Source: Candidatus Micrarchaeota archaeon
GTDB taxonomy: Archaea; Micrarchaeota; Micrarchaeia; Anstonellales; Bilamarchaeaceae
Assembly: GCA_043812915.1 (NCBI GenBank)
Contig: JBDRLQ010000003.1
Span: 61,870 to 125,869, forward strand
Direction of reading: 5' to 3'
DNA length: 64,000 nt
Part shown: one piece after another, positions 51,601 through 55,703 of the stretch
Numbering within the stretch: position 1 is the first letter of the stretch
Layout: each line of letters begins with the position of its first letter
The notes under the pieces: model-generated
Told to the model about the DNA's origin: nothing
The model's database searches: none
Seen by the model: only the letters and a program-made list of their open reading frames with translations
Made by a program: the position numbers and the translations under genes

Positions 51601-51835
51601 CTAGCAGCTCATCAGCACCTTCTCTCCTTCCTATCAACTGGTCGAAATGCTCGCCTATGTCGGCGACCTCGTCAGCGCGCCTTTCTGCCTCTTCAAGCGC
51701 CCTTAGCAATTCAGGGGAGACTTCCTCCCGGCGAATCGGGACTGCTGCTGCCATCTGGCCCAGAATCTCCTCTGCTGCGGTGACCTGGTCATCCCGTCCT
51801 TCGGGCCTCCCTCGTGTTCTGTCCCTGAAAACCAT
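30659..51835 (-). CDS. giant (~7,058 aa) lysine-depleted multidomain protein: helical N-region, hydrophobic segment, repeats, atypical kinase, C-terminal zincin
   Basis: Uninterrupted 21-kb ORF. Preferred start ATG 51835 after GAGGA, 4 nt after the upstream stop. Motifs GGISGIF/LFLK/DRYPRN/IDLD and HELQH...E. Confidence 0.92.
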   Translation of the reverse strand: MVFRDRTRGRPEGRDDQVTAAEEILGQMAAAVPIRREEVSPELLRALEEAERRADEVADIGEHFDQLIGRREGADELLGSLDAFEHVPGLDQQLDILREQITEAQTLLHPEEGRVSAEDRERANELLEQARLRIERLPDIVRTIRELSVAGAPESFIEHTAAGLQFFGTEEQARGELILRGAHTFIENREILLSPAGSTALMQLTAGMERFATPEAELDTGQAGAAMDNFSDAMQELRTERTEAVQSAFGYQRQTLMESLEGMRQGEMRSQIERAISDLDGMLARLREDASQVGADEIARMSRRTLDIGRMVDDLATIRTDAVRQQVERTYGAALDVLASGGGMETYDTLMLASDEMVRHQERGDSAYRRELASRVASVRQLYRPEEEATDAIRGQRTAAEGALVSTLAERFAGRLEESAGTLAGDARERLGRIAASARDADGLADLQRARAALDIAESVTARLGAARSPSPEVSEGATAIYARGLQVLEDGGDVRVARAQMDLAVRFVEAESVQRVEIEQLSGRLQSGGEQVLASAEQYFMLDNQIREFTSGNARALLRHTAGAEQMGRLVSALEEARAGIASGELVTDEQVTARRMELEQQMDQDAGVRRGTEVMVERIRGSNPEMTEDQALDEIARQNLIAEANDRVDQLVQSGTAMLEQLGSTRQPEFRSEISEIYGFSIDAIIDGDFDSGTTYRQAATAYFELGRSSVTEARERAVVLDTARQLHEGRIDGQVAASVFEVQRLRAEHESNTTDARELRNVRAYFDFALQAASGRSPDTAEAVREAAVMYASWANKDVSGLRDEERSARTEAMEFVQSQLGDYRSGRLLGGRRIADLGAEGREALRLDEGSVDAPLGSALIEEAMGRNSLVGSLADGDAQGALAEVQQFASTTRMHMRGFERASFELRCRGLESADSTRYEREAARLGQLAARVRGGGGDALARHYDFQASMVSTEFTGLAATVARDTYRSGAEARERAHGFLDEAQRSATADMETVNSRIEELTAALPERARAQFSQQVESARAIEDSDGREDALRTLYDQLLQVHGGMAMREADGHFECAAQVLDGAETFDRSVALTVRRRHRGRFELYTGTHVAIGLARGHDVDLLGNEIARGGEPVELTEERERTLDAHARSLVGLGTVAVRALEATQATRDRGLRNARESIHERNIEGLEDRIGRMISTLPATGEGRVRREQYERMFERARGNLASLQSLYDDVASMGHLHVVDERGRQIYDAAHFESEYQRVRGIWLAEDFRQASEQTGLVAFRLRGAHERVDIRITGRAARTEFFGAIDRPVAIGEEVPIYSGAPGEEEYLDRLASDWEPATTEDIARVRDEVLTMAGYLGDSGEYAGRLSRLPPTINPGSPEYRELLALRRELLRERVGFPGAPARPMSEVVGRDTVYYDGEWLDGRVVSALQLADSGRLGDAQSALAAVTGDRMRAAAAQSADSRRLGFRYQAWRRELEAIGLRRELMEGAPTTSEDPTPRAQRQDRNEVFETPLEDMRRSMLRSADDLRGTAGEFASARNQLLAGGAILAATTDSVLEMVSRMSDEQREQLVPGTELTYAQLARQMDETSISDPRGGAELANRIFQGILRNAELLGTVVGSIADSPPHETGFSIAEQFQLAAELAAHRTSGRERQREVAWSFARMMLSSAQEDLRLADRVELSRVEGARDQYGRFNFDAHRSHAAWAIALARGAMREGVDARFYDMLVNNEPLYIEMFEHRGVSRSWHATPDGGLLVSTRGMGGMPSGVASAMRELNIRRFREYEDYAEAAEEVNVGATMREIAEGRTTMDLTMLGVRVYDHGDGTYGLGRMPLSELTDEERARIREIRQQTGLLNGALLDTLLEHNVSIGSAGMDSFLRRMQYRHRRANDALSAVTMREVAEEPVPLERALRDSRIALGNSGEFVRRPSGVTWRMEDADSATRAAIGEMRFWRGVYESSKIVGEVVLSGALIATGNPLGMIIAAEIPLVTQLPGIAQQYQQTGVMTPELYMQTGMMIASMGLGFASAATMPVAFAEQAALRSAPSVVSPLARTATFNQRLAAAVFTPHWGQMSRAQRIVHLAGMGLMAGGTMQAIIEAPGMIEAVRSGQTHMMVAIVSLAQTVLQPVQFGMQARRTAIAGRRGTPVYRSRTAQFFEAAIFGTPFDSREAHAAALSGMRANMEFSRLPGAERRALPGRRAHEGVRLSDAQESYLSYVRELDGRGIRLTESQEADVLTSYREHCDAAVRSGEPVPAFDAFLRADSPGATEARISILESHFDAYAQGGMPYQDLSEFQQRYADAREGMRVGDDGIRRPIESGPMSEAEAYQFALDQVSRGGEPPPTPPTAPPTPTTPTLEVAPAPDVTPEPALAAPAPPPGAARAEAMAIRRDALAVRMDAAEQNVLIPPAGDVRTFTLGEGDTAIHFTPEHVRIASELVAYTERVLRTPRGEQRDAALAAVPESLRAQVERLATDPHFRRATRAEGGPERREQILLGLERTGYVEGVSREVIDSAYAVEARRIAESPDELASHMLDIAASRTEEAAQLRERADGLSEEALMHERAGQPEVAQEMRGRASRLNERAQTLEYSAGQLREEAQARIEVEQEMAVQATRASIEEQLTPMAEGGGLALGDGGQAIPIAPEHLSIASELVTNGERILALPREQRTEAIANTVPERYRRQMEQLVTDPVFRMAVRDGDSRTRAMLGLERAGYVGGVSRDIRDLSYAVQARRLAGTEGIDADYLTRLADSRTEDAAELRARADSLAEDAILARSDPERAAPLQSEASRLNEQAAILEGSASALRQEAERMARAPAREEGLLRAPSEIITGPEPEAIVRQEAEVEPVAEQIAAGAEELTGAPPPPQPEVVRPAPEPVSQEMQELLNESLFEGMQTYAELGFRVSEDGQSFVHEDVPTRRFTEDEMDIMVEIAETVANHGTGARANFEEGSPALQVYQQITRLLSDEQVANLERLGSSREVLDAIAVHVGRAEPIPDAATDTERALILSAQDALEGYRVSMSSADMRTLQDNIREQLESARSMHEDMLSILEMLPEGEAAGRANAQVLEGQARGRVEILERYAELLDQRIERMETSQEAALARLGQWYSDADQRGLRFDADILDGHRERARRAVAGLRRRLDEVNSLRAGGDSEALMMQAESLERRISSLNDVIESFMQASDGEESRARREDLSTEGRYLLEEGEHLGFNSFRVDDDSQLRLSHQDERLAGIEFSESDFNTIESLMSSFRAGLDQDIANPMVAHLYPVVEQHAPGLRERIAAANPSELPGLVAELTRSLNEGGHRIGVREGEAVRAEVTPTIERTAQRYGMETEDDGVHYILRMEGAPDITLTRMDATRAMNLAEAIGAETPQFLRGIELDIQARAELDAIIQSTIDNSEGRIATREQALEHLRQMDDAQLMRTIAPHITETAIAARLEGATPVSETVAPRRMELMRRTRERIEGSDPEVLMVGDALAELRMRERAEEMADMAVRQRLIGMIRSRAEELRAQRMQEIADARARGVPEDQLPREPTTLANNQAMYEVYRDLARPQGQREFAATRDEHRTLQEIRAEAIDEAQRTLFGSAEGDQIRLEAMTDAARAVAAIDMLNEGADTAQLGLTGADIVLVRDLQQTRTEFAQTEGIRLRAMRRRTELRADGAGDAEAQLIAAAEGLSRGESAELQGIREDTERVARFLLANPEFSQADTDGRIRIANETLETLTARLPEQMDTNDTLALELNQGRLQDYHASGVVPEGFEQDMRALQTLMRAGGRIAPNQEDLQIAAWGRVRRTRAGTGARQDAIMQETGLNSDRARTMASAEAMIRGATAEELGIDADVAIRATMLLGSDDFRRAAAAQDIRAMAEAEGPLPATIEPVPIDVSAPRMREEVAILSIGRLREAYQAYQRDRRRGQGEIPSEFRQEIEALEDIARSGRRPTEEDLRRVAEGRIDRIRDSLEVEALAIREQYGSSLDDARALAAARMLSRTGEGGRILYTPEELGLSDALAARALGIGQGQLPIAEGPLPQRVVRALERYVGRAGRELARRGREEAAVRDTARQMRDIYRGRVEMPEDYRQDMLTLGMITGGRSPTMLDFRRAARARIGRIRDDMEARIHVTAEAARRVRHPIEPGAPRREAPVAQPVPEPPEIVLETLAQLAADEQPIAPPEPEADIGGTARIRRPTPRPERMARPPASPEVIEPVPARAPRPAQDGGGTARIRAPRPEREEDGTRPHRAPPPITEGERTGRIRMPTPQVREERGPAPARREMHLLSLDELRAASAELMDQIRALPAGEVSSGDLLRRSGNLDEAISILEDGNYEALGFRANEDGEIFHTDTGERAYTEGNLARIRDTVEAIREGNLDAAVVRRAGLSADSSEAEILAAVLTHPELTVAAQRARLRPSALIGGDGARQAVDQALSDADAEEIPLAVGEDRRLPGAPARREALAGTPEELSSALRERLLANLYGNNLRDVLEQALHDGLPGARALERIVSMSPELQDANHPMTQEFGRLPADAQVMILERLARGERFEGAMESLPRDWASTADGLRNLVRYMEENEGGLLQMMVSSGPPELNEMVHRLSEPGLPQEIRDRMVNDWGLAQGDARAVAAEEAVISARTIPEITGSEMEAMQQFREETGTDVAQAYNRGLVDGVVRELEGLGVSVDRDRFSRSLLRELEGGAELPEAAIAALRDTGTELRGVSEGNIRHAFISGRSANERLFQARIGALEELGIEVGEARRHQELPAEIDILQRAVDRLAATTEPEAVAALAREYEHVFHIRPDTRVTTPTELRVHVLAGLREKIALRMARMQAIEARAGTVYDLVFRGRVQDRVSALDGYDGARISGVDRLGGISGIFRLRLDMPDGTSRNLFLKMEDSSAAVLGLGLSRSQGMISSDIHQVQHYDSGVRVDGEPVLQPISFSDDFRSLVGTEVRDVAIPGRGFVERARVESVALLDDVLSIPEPPRRPADDATPESHEAYRQDMAEYQRSLDRWMSEHESNPAMSQLIGLMQTPEGRQQVYEAWDTYIELSRRALLLDRYPRNTVVAFLEVDGQLVLTFQPIDLDLVAARIGRGPEGTDYRGFDEEFFSVTEDFADRFSRALRLARDQSAFSAPDEAVTAPEILRGLNSDEARAAADAIPLEDERLRAAQEIVSGYVEGERNRGQDAFIGAGLDTSDPGQPSIGHPIAFAGMDTPISRRDGRVRLHSDLFNRVLEENYGRRPIQPEQEPGIDRLAADSGDDFDFAFDLVDETPAPVIAGEESGGSQLARSRRLNSDGGLGEFARSVLLDTQGTGARQELESLPPNDIVRQHVEELTSGGTPDFDEAAVGRAASEINDHLFRQSSDELNSLIADEAIDAPVAEIARQLLQGRYRQEGFDESLSPHLGTIEERMRRGGSEANEAETIIDVAETLARRRPPPDGGGPGGGEPRPAPEPVLETPAADRGEVTRPLSIGTTDASTTVVTDRNLTNPTELANFAREVALARAGQLEGEGTGALAALDGMNLADPIRREVERLVGEIEIRSDGTVETNTPFSRAVFSGDPDSHLGRFVMRGVNSSAEQLGNLVAAHERGSPTPAPEPAPERTIRPPTPISRAPARREAPTEIPMPPQIEAAQQAGILNPDATEAQVSLARYAWEVARGDATVESLPPAVQDAVTMLVRNRDFASFAQSHDSDAIEAAVRQSPRRRGGVAQIGDARARASLRDLVSRAHETIPRLPEMQPAVQQMPLAAAGGGHAEAVGQLIPGQFEGARAFGHSPQFYAMMGERAIPPNIVGNLATEYTPLDRGGRDDSPRGRRFARMDELLPRDRVPTDAERAAAARQALEESAPQRSEELSVTARELYLAATELLSNDDTVRASGRARFNGMGRDMQDAVMYMITPGSEFSGNPDRMLMVADRMGGSIDSARQGSPQVDEVLVVTLEDVADIAHRMAFGNDTEREEARQALADNADFMTPEVAAAFGHFYSEMRAARGRLQVERQRADAQGRDVSPEIMQAFSVDTFLQNYEQRNRGSPEQATPPVSEARISQGTAAELQAEAGRLRTEAYRMYESGLSSMDDVRAANERFGRLMREAEALDLQAIIQEPAELARQLLQAGQDAPAEELVRRLRSAEPEQLEAFAQQRQQLAEQMMNPRPGMIEMSPAERANIAGQRSAEAQYLRDLAIEARTRAPVEEAGGAARTPRVIQREIAGNVSQLEELAGAGRINSDEYNRLLMETERLIEEIELRNFRSDEEYMRGLREDPGLEQRKGAVERAVTRWHDPEHVRSGSHSDRMHAIRQRAEGRVQLRLMREVLDGRRAAAPAPEEPALRVDTHSPRQDADGIHRRAGALFLEHGLGVYQDAGLSAQMRSLAEQGLQAEISLMRQDPEVVSRIRRAEGEGAQEYRDRMVARLEELHEQERREMRFPAPIHEDQSASRIRGNAQRRAEALLIGEAMREAAAQLRGEADDAINGVSMDDALALNIAMAREGELRHGANELEIAALQNDGTFRMPDGSANELQSRADALMQEVIGLERERRMETDPEARARLYAQEGRLDAERTLISRRVGKLRQEALTRIPLERPPESSPLARQLYDRVYHDVQRGYIDPEQLATLQADMQVLRNVDETIGRVFTGYQDGELARRTFNRMFVDELERIRNDRHMPPLERIQRISVLTRAVEHFASWAMLGSHEGQVTAHHPVVARRRVEYLNNVLLGHGNPIVISELSRRLLRPGGEVRIREYSGTLDQALADRLLGAIRPIRESTGGDSRREMVTAILNSMPDEMFGGSIEQSRNRLLAMASQSESRGRAVAAINEMLGRHGLALIEFDGRMAIYRISHEMSAGESQRVNGIFVSPLPGEPSVLRQDVGGFFSSHSGMIVLRSPRSRPRSSGEPHESHMQRKYNHELQHLVDDASGFIGMAIATHGNPGYMQYTEATAIAREMISMIESGRPLSEVYAYLEEGSREAGATWRGGFQHVLSAFGPRPEIQRRGLLRRSVAPDSPEAIAERVGRLENMIERFYLQITGRGNVERGVGFQELFPAGSRAISLEEFLASGRTGGDGGTGGLDTGMGTRFFGEE
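39525..40605 (-). repeat. three diverged ~45-aa repeats within the giant protein
   Basis: VPEGFEQDMRAL..GGRIAPNQEDL / IPSEFRQEIEAL..SGRRPTEEDL / MPEDYRQDMLTL..GGRSPTMLDF. Confidence 0.75.
43420..44620 (-). repeat. tandem duplication of a ~190-aa unit within the giant protein
   Basis: PEHVRIASELV..VPE..TDPHFR..LGLERTGYV.GVSR..SRTEEAA..ASRLNE versus PEHLSIASELV..VPE..TDPVFR..LGLERAGYV.GVSR..SRTEDAA..ASRLNE. Confidence 0.9.
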
Positions 51836-51839
51836 CTGC

Positions 51840-52172
51840 TTATCCTCTGCGGTATGTGCGGCATATGTCACTGAATTCGCACAGCCTCTGCACTCTCTCG
51901 GTATATTCGCTCTGGCTGGCGATGTCGCTTAGCATCTTCTTTTCCCAGTTTGATAACGCCTGGTGGAAGTACCTTAGCCTGTTTATCCTGATTTTAATGT
52001 CTATGGGCTTCTTTTCTGAGGCGTCCCACACTGCAATCGCGTTCTCTATGGCGGAGATTGCCTTATTGGTTTTTTCCAGCGTCTGCTTCTCTATTTTCTG
52101 AAGCTCAGAACTAGCAATTTTCACCTGTTTACTGCTGCGGCTGGGGCTGCTTCTAGCCTTCTTTTTTGCCAT
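51840..52172 (-). CDS. small helical hypothetical protein co-transcribed with the giant gene
   Basis: TTTATAAA box near 52195, GAGGTG RBS; stop 4 nt before the giant gene's ATG. Confidence 0.75.
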   Translation of the reverse strand: MAKKKARSSPSRSSKQVKIASSELQKIEKQTLEKTNKAISAIENAIAVWDASEKKPIDIKIRINRLRYFHQALSNWEKKMLSDIASQSEYTERVQRLCEFSDICRTYRRG

Positions 52173-52319
52173 GTAAAAGCACCTCGACGGAGCTTTATAA
52201 ATGTTTTGGCTGCCTTCCGAAGGCTTTCTGACGTGGGGCTGTGCCGCTGTCCTTTTTTGCGGAACCTATTTAGAACACTAATAACCGTTTTTAAACATTA
52301 TGCAACATATTACCACTGT

Positions 52320-53075
52320 ATGAGTGGGGACAAAGGGCCAAAAGTTATCGGCTTCACAAAACTGCGGGAAAAGATGCGGATTCCGCCAACCGAGACCGGA
52401 ATGCTCAGAATCCATAAGCTGGATGAAATGCGGAGGACCGCCCCTCCTGGCCAGCTATCAGGAATCAGGCTTCTTGATGGGGGCAGCAGAATAGACATTC
52501 TTAAGTACGAACTGAAAAACAAGATGAGGAGCTTCAGGGAGCTGAACGGGAAAAACTTCCGCGGGGCAATCAAGAAGCACGCCTGGGGATTCCACACCGG
52601 CGAGTACCCGCTGGCTAGCGGGCCAATCGCAAGCGGATCATCAATGGTGAATCATCGCACGAACTCGCTTGTAATAGGCCTGCATATCGCGCGTTGTTTA
52701 GAGCTTCTTTATGAGCAATCATTGGAGCAGGAAAAACTCAAGGGTAATGAGAAGTTCCTGGCTGATTTTGCGAAACTGGTTGACTCGGCAACTTCAATCA
52801 TGGATGAGGATTTTTACCAGCAAGTCACCCGGGCAACTATCCAGGCCCATTCTTTTTTGCAGCCGCGGCTTTTCGAACTTCTTGACAAGGCGGGGCTCTC
52901 AAGACACAAGCTCACTCCGCAGACAATCGTCAGCATGAGGGCAAAGAGGCCTGACAAAGAGGATGATTCCAGTGGCACCCCTGATGGCATGCCCGATCCT
53001 TCCTACGATGTTGGCAGGCTCGTCGACCGGGAATATTACAGCATGAGGCGCATGAAAGTTCCGGATGGCAAGTAG
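52320..53075 (+). CDS. hypothetical protein (orphan)
   Basis: TTTTTAAA box about 30 nt upstream of ATG 52320; divergent from the giant-gene operon. Confidence 0.65.
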   Translation: MSGDKGPKVIGFTKLREKMRIPPTETGMLRIHKLDEMRRTAPPGQLSGIRLLDGGSRIDILKYELKNKMRSFRELNGKNFRGAIKKHAWGFHTGEYPLASGPIASGSSMVNHRTNSLVIGLHIARCLELLYEQSLEQEKLKGNEKFLADFAKLVDSATSIMDEDFYQQVTRATIQAHSFLQPRLFELLDKAGLSRHKLTPQTIVSMRAKRPDKEDDSSGTPDGMPDPSYDVGRLVDREYYSMRRMKVPDGK

Positions 53076-53114
53076 AGCCTGAAGACTTTAAAAGAATGCG
53101 GGATTATTTACGCC

Positions 53115-53789
53115 ATGGCAGATTTCAGGGGCTCTCTGGCCGAAGGCACGGGAAGGGAAAACGTCCAGTTTTACCAGGCGCGGCTTTTTTCGATGCAGTT
53201 TGAGCTCTACAAGAGAATCGCCGGTGAGAACTGGAAGCCTGCAACGACTGCCGAGAAAAGGATGCAGCATAAGAAAATAGAGAAGTTTCGGGAACTGCGA
53301 AGCGTGCTGAAAAAGGAGATTGCCGATTTCTCAAGAACTGATTTTACCCGGCACGCCGCTGAAATAAACGGCAGGATTGTCTCCATAACCCTTTTCATGC
53401 ACCTGCTTGACCTTGTTGACAAATTGCACCCTGGCGTTATGAAGGCGAACCGGACCGGCCTATTTGAGATTTTCGACGGGGCAACCAACCAGCTCTATGT
53501 CCTTCTGGCATCCGACTATTTCAATCGGCCACACACTGTGCTAATTAGGAATTACCTCCAATTGGAGCCTGCAATCTCAGCAATCGCCGACCTTGCAGGT
53601 GTTCCTATGATTCCGGTCCAGCAGGCTGTGCGGGATTACCAGCCGAAGTTATCCAAAGTGGTGGACGCTCTCAATGCCCCTATGCCGGAAAAGAAGCCAA
53701 AGATGAAAGCTAAGGCTATGGAAGCAAAGAAACCCGAAAAGAAGCCGAAAACCGGAAAACCAAAGAAAAAACAGAAAAGAAAAAGATAG
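53115..53789 (+). CDS. hypothetical helical protein with Lys-rich tail
   Basis: 224-codon ORF; TTTAAAA box upstream. Confidence 0.65.
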   Translation: MADFRGSLAEGTGRENVQFYQARLFSMQFELYKRIAGENWKPATTAEKRMQHKKIEKFRELRSVLKKEIADFSRTDFTRHAAEINGRIVSITLFMHLLDLVDKLHPGVMKANRTGLFEIFDGATNQLYVLLASDYFNRPHTVLIRNYLQLEPAISAIADLAGVPMIPVQQAVRDYQPKLSKVVDALNAPMPEKKPKMKAKAMEAKKPEKKPKTGKPKKKQKRKR

Positions 53790-53791
53790 GC

Positions 53792-54148
53792 TCAGATTTC
53801 CTTGATTGCCTTGATTCTCTTTCTAGATTTCTGGAGCAGCGCGTAGCCGAAGAGCAGGAACAGTATCCCGAATATTGTCGAGCCGGTTCCCGGGATTCCA
53901 GCGTACATGTCGATGATTACTGTCAGCCCGGCGCCCACATAGAAGAATCCTATTACGAACAGGAAGCCGATGAGTATCGTTTCAAGGAGCATCATCTGCG
54001 TCGAATACAATCCGACCGATAGCATCTCCTTGAACTCAACGCGCGCCTCTTCCATGGTGGCCTCCACTTTCAGGAGCGCCGCTTCGGTGGTCAGTTTCAC
54101 TGCCTCGGTTATTCCGCCTGCTACTGTCTTGAGGATGAGTTCAATCAT
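53792..54148 (-). CDS. two-TM membrane protein (YqjE/phage-holin-like)
   Basis: Amphipathic N-terminal helix, 2 TM segments, basic tail; follows a DUF883-like gene. Confidence 0.55.
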   Translation of the reverse strand: MIELILKTVAGGITEAVKLTTEAALLKVEATMEEARVEFKEMLSVGLYSTQMMLLETILIGFLFVIGFFYVGAGLTVIIDMYAGIPGTGSTIFGILFLLFGYALLQKSRKRIKAIKEI

Positions 54149-54157
54149 TCAAACACC

Positions 54158-54388
54158 TTATTTCAGGAGCTTCCCGATTACAAGGCCCACGATGAAGGCT
54201 CCCGCGACGTATTCCAACGGATTCTTCTTCACGTTCCTCTTGAACTCCTCAGTTTCATCATCAATAAGTTCCTTGCCAATCTGCATTTCCCTGGCAAGCT
54301 TCCTCTCGAGATCCTTCTCCCTTGTGTGGAGCTCTGCTTCCCCCTCTTTAATAAATTCCTTAATCCTGTCCGGTTTTTTCTTTACCAT
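54158..54388 (-). CDS. DUF883/ElaB/YqjD-like tail-anchored protein
   Basis: C-terminal VKKNPLEYVAGAFIVGLVIGKLLK. Confidence 0.7.
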   Translation of the reverse strand: MVKKKPDRIKEFIKEGEAELHTREKDLERKLAREMQIGKELIDDETEEFKRNVKKNPLEYVAGAFIVGLVIGKLLK

Positions 54389-54549
54389 CTTAACACCCCG
54401 CCAGCCGGCTTTTTTGGTATATGATAGCATGACCAGACAACTTAAGCTTTATATCTTTTTGCAAAAGAAAACCACATACTTTGGCATGTGGATGAATTTT
54501 GCTCATTTCCGCGGAAATAAGCTGTCTTTGAGCATATAAAGAGCCTTTG

Positions 54550-54811
54550 CAATCCCTTTATTATAGGGATCATAGGGCATGGCAATGCAGACATATCCTT
54601 CAAAAGCCCAGGAAAAAGGACTAAATGCAGCAAGAAACATACTCGCAAGATGTTGGAAAGCAAAGCTTTCCGACAGGCAGGGAGCGAAGCTCTCTGGAGC
54701 TACCTCGGGAATTGGGGGAAGTCAAGCCTGCTTGAGAAGAAGCCTCTACCTCTCGGGGCAAGCATCTTCAATGAAACAGGAAGCCTACGGCTTCAGCCCT
54801 TGGTAATTCAC
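54550..54811 (+). mobile_element. IS200/IS605-family remnant: tnpB 3' fragment plus right end/omegaRNA scaffold
   Basis: Translation LNAARNILAR (RuvC-III-like); AAGTCAAGCCTG...TCAATGAAACAGGAAGCCTACGGCTTCAGCCCTTGGTAATTCAC resembles typical right ends. Left boundary approximate. Confidence 0.75.
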
Positions 54812-54889
54812 ATTGATTACTTACGCCTGCTTCGCTCCGCACTAAGTTTTTATAGTTTCGCTTAGCAGTCATTCTAAGAGGGGAGTTTC

Positions 54890-55630
54890 ATGCCGCAGAA
54901 CTTTTTCATAACTGGAATGCCGAAAGCCGGAAAGACTACTTTGCTAAGAAGACTGATTAAGGAGATGAAATCCAAGGGGCTCAAGGTGGGGGGGTTCGTC
55001 TCTCCAGAGGAGAAGCACCATGGCACCAGGAGCGCTTTCTATGTAGAGGATGTCGGGAGCGGTAAGCGTGCTGTTCTGGCTTCGGTGGATGGGGATGGTC
55101 CGAAGGTTAGCAAGTACCATGTCAATGTAAAATCATTCGAGAGCATCGCACTGCCGGCTATGAAGAATATTGGAAAGTACGATGTCGTAATAATCGATGA
55201 AGTTGGCAGGATGGAGATGAAGAGCGAGAAATTCTCAGACCTGCTTGACAAGGCATTCGAAGCCCACACACCGGTCATTGCCGCGCTGCATAACGATTAC
55301 CTGCGACGCTATTCTTTTGAGGGTGAGGTTATGATGCTCACCCAGTCCAGCAGGGAGGCGGTCTTCCTCACCCTGCTCAAGAAGGCGAGCGCGGAATACT
55401 CCAAGGCGAAGATGCCCACGAAAGGGAAACCGAAGCTTTCCAGGAAGCCTAAAATGAAAAAGAAGGCAGGTTTAAAGAAAAAGGCCGGGAAGAAAAAAGC
55501 CCATGATAAGGCACGGGCAAAGGCAAGCAGGAAAGCCCCGCGCGAAAACGGGCGCGAAGAGGCGCCTGCAGAAAAGCCCAGTCGCAGGAAGGGCATTTTA
55601 AACCATTTCAGGGACTTCCTGGGGTTCTGA
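54890..55630 (+). CDS. nucleoside-triphosphatase (THEP1/NTPase_1) with Lys-rich tail
   Basis: ITGMPKAGKTTL, VGGF, KY.V, IIDEVGRME. Confidence 0.92.
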   Translation: MPQNFFITGMPKAGKTTLLRRLIKEMKSKGLKVGGFVSPEEKHHGTRSAFYVEDVGSGKRAVLASVDGDGPKVSKYHVNVKSFESIALPAMKNIGKYDVVIIDEVGRMEMKSEKFSDLLDKAFEAHTPVIAALHNDYLRRYSFEGEVMMLTQSSREAVFLTLLKKASAEYSKAKMPTKGKPKLSRKPKMKKKAGLKKKAGKKKAHDKARAKASRKAPRENGREEAPAEKPSRRKGILNHFRDFLGF

Positions 55631-55703
55631 TTTTTTCCCGGGAAATGAACCCTCCTGCTAAACACTTATTTTCATCCAGTGTGACCACTTCCTTGGTGGT
55701 CCA

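Noticed and set aside
51836-51871. ORF-track start of the giant gene at 51871
   Set aside because: Overlaps the upstream gene; ATG 51835 has a GAGGA RBS and operon-like spacing.
30850-51932. Many plus-strand and alternate-frame ORFs overlapping the giant gene
   Set aside because: Ser/Ala/Pro/Cys-rich shadow ORFs expected opposite a GC-rich coding strand; no motifs or RBS.
29500-53800. Provirus or tape-measure interpretation of the giant gene region
   Set aside because: No capsid, terminase, portal, integrase or tail genes are recognisable around it.
54579-54806. 75-aa ORF as a functional protein
   Set aside because: Better explained as the residual tnpB reading frame over the right-end RNA scaffold.
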